From Flavobacteriaceae bacterium (GTDB lineage Bacteria; Bacteroidota; Bacteroidia; Flavobacteriales; Flavobacteriaceae): a stretch of DNA of 15,973 bases. Positions 1 through 6,206 of the stretch are shown piece after piece (the first letter of the stretch is position 1; each line of letters starts with the position of its first letter). Location: the NCBI GenBank assembly GCA_029934835.1, contig JAOZLL010000049.1:1-15973 (forward strand), written 5' to 3'. The notes beneath the pieces are model-generated. The model saw only the letters and a list, made by a program, of their open reading frames with translations. It had not been told where the DNA came from and searched no databases. The position numbers and the translations under genes are program-made.

Positions 1-383
1 TTCAGGAAATAAGCATCCAATTATGGAAGGCTTATGATAAATTTCGAGGAGATTCTAAGTTTAGTACTTGGATGTATCGCGTGGCACTTAATACTGCTAT
101 ATCACTTTACAGAAAGTCTAAAAGAAGTATAAAAACGGGTGAGTTATTCGATAATGTAAAAGAATTAACTTATGAAGCTTATGATGATACATCTGAAGTA
201 CAACTTGCTTCATTATATAAAGCTATTCATACTTTAAATGATATTGAAAAAGCCTTAGTACTATTATATCTTGAAGATAAATCATATAGAGAAATTGCAT
301 TATGCTTAGGGATAAGTGAAGTAAATTCACGTGTCAAAATGAACAGGACCAAAACAAAACTTAAAAAGCTTTTAAACCCATAG
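1..383 (+). CDS. ECF-type RNA polymerase sigma-70 factor, 5'-truncated at window edge (frame enters at nt 3; stop TAG 381-383)
   Basis: Translation from nt 3 gives QEISIQLWKAYDKFRGDSKFSTWMYRVALNTAI, i.e. sigma-70 region 2.1/2.2 (FSTWMYRVALN resembles the FSTWLYRIA core of ECF sigmas). C-terminal SYREIALCLGISEVNSRVKMNRTKTKL is a typical region-4 helix-turn-helix. The ORF track's internal Met at 72 is not the true start. Confidence 0.85.
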   Translation, partial: QEISIQLWKAYDKFRGDSKFSTWMYRVALNTAISLYRKSKRSIKTGELFDNVKELTYEAYDDTSEVQLASLYKAIHTLNDIEKALVLLYLEDKSYREIALCLGISEVNSRVKMNRTKTKLKKLLNP

Positions 384-384
384 A

Positions 385-993
385 ATGGAAGACTTAAAAC
401 AATATAGACAAGTCTGGCAAAAACAAGAGCTTGACGACAAACAGTTAGATACTAACACAATTACAAAAATGATCCATAAAAGATCATCATCAATTGTTAA
501 ATGGATATTTTACATTAGCATCATTGAATTTGTAGTATTGACCTTAATAAATGTTTTTGTTAAAACAGACTGGAATGAACTACAAGAGTTAGGTTTATAT
601 CATTTCTTAATTGGCACTAGTATTTTTGGATATATTATTACTGTTTTCTTTATATATCTATTCTATAAAAATTATAAAACAATTCATGTAACAGATACCA
701 CTAAGGAATTAATGCAAAACATCTTGAATACACGTAGAGCTGTTAAGTATTATATTATAACCAACTTAACTATAATAGCATTTGCCTTATTATATAGTAC
801 TCATGTAATCCTTCAAGCTCCTGAATATGCTGATATCATGAGTGACTATAATTCAGGTCATCTACTGGTCTGGGTTATAATAATAGTATTTATACTATTT
901 TTTGTTGGAATTATTCTTCTTTTCTATCTACTTCTTTATGGTATTTTATTACGTAGATTAAATTTAAATTATAAAGAGTTATTGAGTAGCTAA
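385..993 (+). CDS. Polytopic (about 4 TM) membrane protein translationally coupled to the ECF sigma gene; possible non-canonical anti-sigma partner
   Basis: ATG at 385 lies 1 nt after the sigma stop codon (TAG-A-ATG). A short polar N-terminus (36 aa) is followed by four hydrophobic stretches (IVKWIFYISIIEFVVLTLINVFV, LGLYHFLIGTSIFGYIITVFFIYLFY, VKYYIITNLTIIAFALLYSTHVIL, HLLVWVIIIVFILFFVGIILLFYLLLYGILL). I see no FecR-like or zinc-finger anti-sigma motif. Confidence 0.6.
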   Translation: MEDLKQYRQVWQKQELDDKQLDTNTITKMIHKRSSSIVKWIFYISIIEFVVLTLINVFVKTDWNELQELGLYHFLIGTSIFGYIITVFFIYLFYKNYKTIHVTDTTKELMQNILNTRRAVKYYIITNLTIIAFALLYSTHVILQAPEYADIMSDYNSGHLLVWVIIIVFILFFVGIILLFYLLLYGILLRRLNLNYKELLSS

Positions 994-1002
994 TGAAAAG
1001 GA

Positions 1003-1383
1003 TTAATAAGTAAAATGTAAATCACCATTAATGCAATCAATTCCAGTTGGCATTAGTGGAACCATACAGTCAGAAGTACTTCCCCATTTTATATTAAAGG
1101 CATTTTGTGCTGCAGTATAATCAGCAACTTCATTTAAAAAGTTTTCAATGTCAATATTTAAAGAATATGCTATGTAACCCGTAGGACCACCACATGCTTT
1201 AGCTCCAATTGCTGTGATTCCCCAATTAGCGGCATCGGTGCAATTCTCATTCTGAGCCATTACAAGTATACTATCGTACCACTCAATTAATTCTTGAAAA
1301 TCTTCTTCTTGACTATTCATTTTTCCTTCACATCCATAAAATAGTGAAAAAGACACTACTAACAGTAAATAAAAATATTTCAT
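1003..1383 (-). CDS. Small Cys-rich lipoprotein of unknown function (126 aa)
   Basis: N-terminus MKYFYLLLVVSFSLFYGCEGK is a signal peptide with a lipobox-like LFYGC. Six further Cys lie in the mature part, consistent with a disulfide-rich secreted protein. Sits 77 bp downstream of menB on the same strand. Confidence 0.55.
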   Translation of the reverse strand: MKYFYLLLVVSFSLFYGCEGKMNSQEEDFQELIEWYDSILVMAQNENCTDAANWGITAIGAKACGGPTGYIAYSLNIDIENFLNEVADYTAAQNAFNIKWGSTSDCMVPLMPTGIDCINGDLHFTY

Positions 1384-1460
1384 AGAAAAATGTTTTTGTA
1401 TTAATAAAACAACAATACTCCGATGATTAGAGCACTACCACTTATTGCCTATTGCCTAAA

Positions 1461-2282
1461 TTACGGAAACTTAGGATATTGTTTAAAATTAGGTTCTCGT
1501 TTTTCCAAAAAGGCTTTTTTCCCTTCTTGTGCTTCTTCCATTAAATAATACATAAGCGTGGCATCACCAGCAAGTTGCATGAGACCATGTTGTCCATCAA
1601 GTTCAGCATTTAAAGAACGTTTTATCATTCGTAAAGCCATTGGTGAACGTTTTTGCATGGTTTGGCACCAAGCTACTGTAGTATCTTCTAAATCAACTAA
1701 AGGAACTACTTTATTCACCATTCCCATTTTTTCAGCTTCTTCTGCAGTGTATTGCTCACATAAAAACCAAATTTCACGTGCTTTTTTTTGACCAACATGG
1801 CGTGCTAAATAAGAAGAACCAAAACCACCATCAAAACTGCCTACTTTTGGTCCTGTTTGTCCAAAACGTGCATTATCACTAGCTATTGTCAAATCACAAA
1901 CTACGTGTAAAACATGTCCACCTCCAATTGCATAACCATTTACCATAGCCACAACAGGTTTTGGTAATTCACGTAAGCGTTTATGAATATCTAATACATT
2001 TAACCGTGGCACACCATCTTCACCGACATAGCCACCAACTCCTTTTACATTCTGATCTCCACCACTACAAAATGCTTTGTCACCAGCACCTGTTAAAACA
2101 ACCACATCAATACTATTATCCTCTCGACATATTTCTAGTGCATCTAATATTTCAAAATTTGTTTTAGGTCTAAAAGCATTATAAACTTCTGGTCTATTAA
2201 TCGTTATTTTAGCAATCCCTTCAAAAAATTCAAATAAAATATCAGTATATTCACGTATTATTTTCCAGTCTCTTTTTGGCAT
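1461..2282 (-). CDS. menB: 1,4-dihydroxy-2-naphthoyl-CoA synthase (crotonase superfamily), menaquinone biosynthesis
   Basis: 273 aa. N-terminus [39 protein letters not shown] and [17 protein letters not shown]...[15 protein letters not shown]...[25 protein letters not shown] are characteristic MenB/enoyl-CoA hydratase-fold motifs. Length matches MenB. Confidence 0.92.
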   Translation of the reverse strand: MPKRDWKIIREYTDILFEFFEGIAKITINRPEVYNAFRPKTNFEILDALEICREDNSIDVVVLTGAGDKAFCSGGDQNVKGVGGYVGEDGVPRLNVLDIHKRLRELPKPVVAMVNGYAIGGGHVLHVVCDLTIASDNARFGQTGPKVGSFDGGFGSSYLARHVGQKKAREIWFLCEQYTAEEAEKMGMVNKVVPLVDLEDTTVAWCQTMQKRSPMALRMIKRSLNAELDGQHGLMQLAGDATLMYYLMEEAQEGKKAFLEKREPNFKQYPKFP

Positions 2283-2345
2283 GGTTTTCGGTTGTTTATC
2301 GTTATTGTTTAATTTTTTAAGTACTCAAATTTCATTTAGAAACAA

Positions 2346-2353
2346 CAAAACTA
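2346..2353 (-). promoter_or_regulatory. Bacteroidetes-type -7 box candidate (TAgtTTTG on minus strand) for menB
   Basis: Plus-strand caaaacta is the reverse complement of TAGTTTTG, matching the TAnnTTTG -7 consensus of Bacteroidetes sigma-A promoters. It lies about 65 nt upstream of the menB start (2282). Confidence 0.3.
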
Positions 2354-2375
2354 TTCAAAAAAAATAAAAAAGTAG

Positions 2376-2383
2376 TATTTTTG
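2376..2383 (+). promoter_or_regulatory. -7-like box TAttTTTG upstream of repeat copy 1
   Basis: tatttttg matches TAnnTTTG. It lies 17 bp upstream of repeat copy 1 and the small ORF at 2402. No -33 TTTG seen. Confidence 0.25.
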
Positions 2384-2400
2384 GGAATTAATCCTGTAAA

Positions 2401-2454
2401 TATGAAACGAGCATGTCAAAATTTGACAGACAACAAAATGATTAATAGCGAACA
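2401..2454 (+). repeat. Copy 1 of an imperfect ~50-bp direct repeat; contains the perfect palindrome TGTCAAAATTTGACA (2414-2428)
   Basis: tatgaaacgagcatgtcaaaatttgacagacaacaaaatgattaatagcgaaca aligns ungapped with copy 2 at about 36/50 identities, including an identical 10-mer tatgaaacga and the shared gaaatgattaa-like core. The 15-bp palindrome has 7-bp arms (tgtcaaa / tttgaca) around one central base. Confidence 0.6.
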
Positions 2455-2476
2455 CATATGATACTTTTAAAAAATT

Positions 2477-2484
2477 TATATTTG
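2477..2484 (+). promoter_or_regulatory. -7 box candidate TAtaTTTG for the 2606-8988 gene block
   Basis: tatatttg matches the Bacteroidetes TAnnTTTG -7 consensus. It lies between the two repeat copies, 4 bp upstream of copy 2, which would place the transcription start at or just inside copy 2. Confidence 0.35.
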
Positions 2485-2488
2485 GTCA

Positions 2489-2542
2489 TATGAAACGAAT
2501 ATGTCAAGTTTTGATATATGATGAAATGATTAACATAACAGC
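2489..2542 (+). repeat. Copy 2 of the ~50-bp direct repeat; imperfect palindrome TGTCAAGTTTTGATA (2502-2516)
   Basis: tatgaaacgaatatgtcaagttttgatatatgatgaaatgattaacataacagc. Same 10-mer start and same position of the TGTCAA..TTGA(c/t)A dyad as copy 1. An ATG at 2490 opens a 39-codon frame whose TGA (2607-2609) overlaps the ATG of the next gene (2606-2608). Confidence 0.6.
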
Positions 2543-2605
2543 TTTGTACCTTTGCGTAGTTTTGACTCCACTCAACTCAGTACTTAGCAATAAAAATTTA
2601 AACAT

Positions 2606-3970
2606 ATGAAAAATCTAATTATCCTCCTCGTTATATTTTCAACCAGCTTAAGTTTTGGGCAAAATATAAAATACAAAGATTTTAACTCTATTGAATTAGG
2701 AACAACTAGAAAATTAAAAGTATATGTTCCTGAATCTTATAAAAAAGATACGGCAAGACTTTATCCTTTAACCATACTTTTTGATGGAGACTACTTATTT
2801 GATGTATATGTTGGTAATGCAAAGCTTTTTGCTCAAAGAGATAAAGCTCCTGAACAAATAATTGTAGGAATTATTCAAGGTGAAAACAAAGCACGTTATA
2901 CAGATTGTGCCTATGACAAAATTAATGGCTTACCTACCGAAAATAGTGATCGATTTTATCGATTTGTAAGATCAGAGCTCTTAGATCACCTAGAGACAAC
3001 TTATAGACTTTCCCCTTTTAGAACACTAGTAGGAAGTACTTTAACGGCTAATTTTGTAAACTTTTTTGTTATTGAAAATGAACCTGTTTTTGATGCATTT
3101 ATAAATATAAACCCTTATTTTAGTCCTGATATGCCCACTTTTTTACAAAACAAGCTAAGTGAACAAAGCAAAAATAAATTATACTATTATCTTAATTCTG
3201 GAAAATATAATAGTGATAAAAAACACAAACGAATTGAACAGGTAGCCTATCTTTTAAACGACATAAACAGTCCTAATATTTTATATAAATATGATACTTT
3301 TAAATCTACAAAGACAGCATCTATAGGACAAGCTATTCCATCTGCATTAGCTCATATTTTTGATATTTACTCTGCTATCTCTAAAGAAGAGTTTAAATTA
3401 AATGTTCAACATTTATCACCGCCAGATGCCATAGATTATGTGCAAAACAAATATATAGAAATCGATTATTTATTTGGAACTAACATTAAAATTAGAGAAC
3501 GAGATATTTATGCGATAGAATCTATAATTATAGATCAAGAAAATGGAGATTACTTAGCTGAATTTGGAGAAATGATAAACAGACTCTATCCAGAGTCCCC
3601 TTTAAGTGACTACTACATAGGCATGTATCATGAAAAAGCGGGTAAATATAAACAAGCGCTAAAAAACTATAAAAATGGTTATGCAAAAATGGATGAAAAT
3701 GGCGGTGATGCCGAATCCTATTATCAAAATATCGAACGAGTATTAAATCGTCAGGATGAAATTATCATTCAGGAAGAATTAGAAGACGAAGAACGAAAAG
3801 CTAAAAAAGAAGAAGAAAAAGCTTACAAAGAAGAATATAAAAATAATAAAAAGGCTAAAGAAGAGGAGTTGAAAAAGAATAGAGATGCTGACAAAGAAGA
3901 ATGGAAAAAGAAAAAAGATGATGATAAGGAAATGAGAGATAAGTATCGAAAAAAAAGAAATGATAAATAG
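2606..3970 (+). CDS. Secreted alpha/beta-hydrolase (putative-esterase family-like) protein with TPR-like segment and a C-terminal E/K-rich low-complexity tail
   Basis: Signal peptide MKNLIILLVIFSTSLSFGQ. LTILFDGDYLFD...IIVGIIQGENKAR...FRTLVGSTLTANF resembles the enterochelin/'putative esterase' family layout with a GxS nucleophile-elbow-like LVGST. YYIGMYHEKAGKYKQALKNYKNGYAK looks TPR-like. The last ~65 aa are almost entirely E/K/D/R. Confidence 0.55.
   Translation: MKNLIILLVIFSTSLSFGQNIKYKDFNSIELGTTRKLKVYVPESYKKDTARLYPLTILFDGDYLFDVYVGNAKLFAQRDKAPEQIIVGIIQGENKARYTDCAYDKINGLPTENSDRFYRFVRSELLDHLETTYRLSPFRTLVGSTLTANFVNFFVIENEPVFDAFININPYFSPDMPTFLQNKLSEQSKNKLYYYLNSGKYNSDKKHKRIEQVAYLLNDINSPNILYKYDTFKSTKTASIGQAIPSALAHIFDIYSAISKEEFKLNVQHLSPPDAIDYVQNKYIEIDYLFGTNIKIRERDIYAIESIIIDQENGDYLAEFGEMINRLYPESPLSDYYIGMYHEKAGKYKQALKNYKNGYAKMDENGGDAESYYQNIERVLNRQDEIIIQEELEDEERKAKKEEEKAYKEEYKNNKKAKEEELKKNRDADKEEWKKKKDDDKEMRDKYRKKRNDK
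3774..3967 (+). repeat. Purine-rich (GAA/AAA/AAG) low-complexity coding tract encoding the E/K-rich tail
   Basis: gaagaattagaagacgaagaacgaaaagctaaaaaagaagaagaaaaagc...aagaaatgataaa is almost exclusively A/G on the coding strand. The spurious antisense ORF 3855-4094 arises from this tract. Confidence 0.8.
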
Positions 3971-4002
3971 TAGTCAGTAGACTACAAAAACACAGGAAAA
4001 AT

Positions 4003-5121
4003 ATGATAAGAATTTCATTAAACGTATTACTATATCTATTCACTTGGAGTATTTTAGCACAAGAATACGAATTCACATCACATATTGATCTCAATACATC
4101 AGAAGTAAAAAGCCAAGGACAAACTGGTACTTGTTGGAGTTTTTCAACGGCATCTTTTCTTGAATCTGAAATCTATAGAATAACAGGAAAGCAAATAGAC
4201 CTTGCAGAAATGTATATTGTCAGAAACACCTATGATAAAAAAGCATGGAATTATGTCATGAGACAAGGAAAAACACAATTAAGCGAAGGTGGTCTAGCTC
4301 ATGATGTTATTAACGCAATTGCAAGTGATGGACTAGTTCCACAAAGCGCTTTTACTGATATTTTTGGGAATGAAAAAGTCTATAATCATAATACAGTGAT
4401 TCCAGCAGTAAAAAAAGTATTAGATGCCTATATTAAAAATGATACTGATTCGGATTATCCAAATTGGCAAACAAGTATCACTCCTATTTTAAACAATCAA
4501 ATTGGGACTAAACCAGCTGAATTTCAATATAAAAATCAAACTTTTACTCCTGAAAGTTTTATAGCATATACTAAAATAAACCCAAAAAAATATATGAGTA
4601 TTACATCATTTACACATGAAAAGTATTATGATAAGTTTGTTTTAAATATTCCTGATAATTTTTCTAATGGAAGTTTTTATAATGTACCTTTAGATGAATT
4701 AGTAAGTATTGTTAACAGCGCATTAGAAAATGGTTATAGTATTGCACTAGACGTAGATGTATCTGAAAAAACATTTACTGCCGAACACGGAATTGCAGTT
4801 ATGCCAAATGATAAAACTGAAAACAACAAGTCAAATACTGAGATTGTCACTGAAAAAAATATAACAGCCAAATTTCGTCAATCGGAATTTGAAAATTACA
4901 ACACCACAGATGACCATCTCATGCATATTACTGGTTTAGTCAAAGACCAAAAAGGAAATTTGTATTTCAAAGTAAAAAATTCATGGGGTAGCACAAGTGC
5001 TCGAGTTGGAAATAATGGCTATATTTATATGTCAATTCCCTATTTTAAACTTAAAGCCATTTCTATTTTATTACACCAAGATGCTTTAAACTCAATAATG
5101 AAAAATAAACTAAATTTATAG
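4003..5121 (+). CDS. Secreted papain-family (C1; aminopeptidase C / bleomycin hydrolase-like) cysteine peptidase
   Basis: Signal peptide MIRISLNVLLYLFTWSILAQ. SQGQTGTCWSFS has Gln six residues before the catalytic Cys followed by Trp, the papain-family oxyanion/nucleophile signature. C-terminal DHLMHITGLV...KVKNSWGS supplies the His and Asn-Ser-Trp-Gly of the catalytic triad region. Confidence 0.8.
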   Translation: MIRISLNVLLYLFTWSILAQEYEFTSHIDLNTSEVKSQGQTGTCWSFSTASFLESEIYRITGKQIDLAEMYIVRNTYDKKAWNYVMRQGKTQLSEGGLAHDVINAIASDGLVPQSAFTDIFGNEKVYNHNTVIPAVKKVLDAYIKNDTDSDYPNWQTSITPILNNQIGTKPAEFQYKNQTFTPESFIAYTKINPKKYMSITSFTHEKYYDKFVLNIPDNFSNGSFYNVPLDELVSIVNSALENGYSIALDVDVSEKTFTAEHGIAVMPNDKTENNKSNTEIVTEKNITAKFRQSEFENYNTTDDHLMHITGLVKDQKGNLYFKVKNSWGSTSARVGNNGYIYMSIPYFKLKAISILLHQDALNSIMKNKLNL

Positions 5122-5123
5122 TA

Positions 5124-6203
5124 TTGTACGCAATTGTAGACATAGAAACAACTGGCGGACAATACGGTCAGGAACGAATTACCGAGATTTCAATATACCG
5201 ATATGATGGTCATGATATAGTCGACAAATTTGCTAGTTTGGTAAACCCAGAACGTAAAATTCAGGCTTTCGTGGTTCAACTCACAGGAATTACCGATAAT
5301 ATGGTAAAACGTGCGCCTAAGTTTGAAGCGCTTGCTAAACGAATAGTAGAAATAACAGAAGGTTGTATAATTGTAGCTCATAATGCAAATTTTGATTATC
5401 GTATATTACGCCAAGAGTTCAATAACTTGGCCTATAATTATGAACGAAATACGTTATGTACAGTTGAGTTAAGTAAAGATTTAATCCCTGATCTACCATC
5501 TTACAGCTTAGGAAAACTATGTAAATCAATTGGTATACCTGTTTCAAATAGACATAGAGCAGATGGTGATGCCTTTGCAACCGTAAGCCTTTTTGAACTT
5601 TTATTACTAAAGGATAAGGAGAAAAATATTATTACCAATAGTATTAAAGATTTCTCTCTTACACTTAAAAAAGAAAAATTAAGCAATGCTATAAAAAAGA
5701 CTCCAGCAGCTATAGGTGTTTTTTATATTCACCAAAACAATGGGCGAATTATGTATATCGGTAAAGGGAAAAATATGCGTAGTAGGCTAAGTCAATTACT
5801 AGCCAAAAAATCTAAAAAGGCTCTTAGTATTCAGAGTAAAATGGCTACAGTTACTTATGATGAATCTGGAAACTATGTCATGGCAAGACTACTATTTAAT
5901 CAAGAGGTTGCTACACATAGTCCTCGTTACAATAGCAACTATTATCATTTAGCTAAACCTGTAGAATTTAATCATCCTGATATGTTGATTATTGGACGAG
6001 GTCGTAGAACAGGTGAAAAATCAGTTATCCTTATAGAAAATGGAATTTTACAAGGTTTTGCTTATGTCGATTTAGAATATCAATTAACCAATACATCTGT
6101 ACTAAAAAACCTAATTACACCTCTAACCGACAGTTTAGATAATCGCTTTATAGTTAAAAGTAGCATATTGAAAAATCGAATTCAAAAAATTGTAAAATTA
6201 TAA
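5124..6203 (+). CDS. DEDDh 3'-5' exonuclease (DnaQ/epsilon-like) domain fused to a C-terminal GIY-YIG nuclease domain (Cho/UvrC-N-like); TTG start
   Basis: Exo I: YAIVDIETTGG. Exo II: IIVAHNANFDYRIL. Exo III: HRADGDAFAT. After a linker, GVFYIHQNNGRIMYIGKGKNMRSRL is a GIY-(10)-YIG-...-R motif. The frame is closed by TAA at 5106-5108, so the TTG at 5124 (2 nt after the upstream stop) is the first plausible start. Confidence 0.85.
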   Translation: MYAIVDIETTGGQYGQERITEISIYRYDGHDIVDKFASLVNPERKIQAFVVQLTGITDNMVKRAPKFEALAKRIVEITEGCIIVAHNANFDYRILRQEFNNLAYNYERNTLCTVELSKDLIPDLPSYSLGKLCKSIGIPVSNRHRADGDAFATVSLFELLLLKDKEKNIITNSIKDFSLTLKKEKLSNAIKKTPAAIGVFYIHQNNGRIMYIGKGKNMRSRLSQLLAKKSKKALSIQSKMATVTYDESGNYVMARLLFNQEVATHSPRYNSNYYHLAKPVEFNHPDMLIIGRGRRTGEKSVILIENGILQGFAYVDLEYQLTNTSVLKNLITPLTDSLDNRFIVKSSILKNRIQKIVKL

Positions 6204-6206
6204 AAC

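Noticed and set aside
1558-2167. Plus-strand ORFs 1558-1791 (77 aa) and 1961-2167 (68 aa, His/Leu-rich)
   Set aside because: Both lie entirely antisense within the well-supported menB coding region. Their composition is the mirror of the MenB codons, so they are spurious.
2449-2462. cgaacacatatgat resembling the first half of a Gram-positive-type SOS (Cheo) box CGAAC-N4-GTTCG
   Set aside because: The second half-site is absent (no GTTC), so it is not a credible LexA site.
3971-3984. Short hairpin tagtc-agta-gacta between the esterase-like and peptidase genes
   Set aside because: The stem is 5 bp with no following T-run, and the genes are probably co-transcribed, so it is likely chance.
3855-4094. 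Minus-strand ORF (79 aa, F/S/L-rich)
   Set aside because: It is antisense to the purine-rich E/K-tail tract and to the start of the peptidase gene. The F/S/L bias is the complement of GAA/AAG codons.
5190-5686. Two minus-strand ORFs (63 and 61 aa) inside the exonuclease gene
   Set aside because: Antisense to a gene with clear Exo I-III motifs. No independent support.
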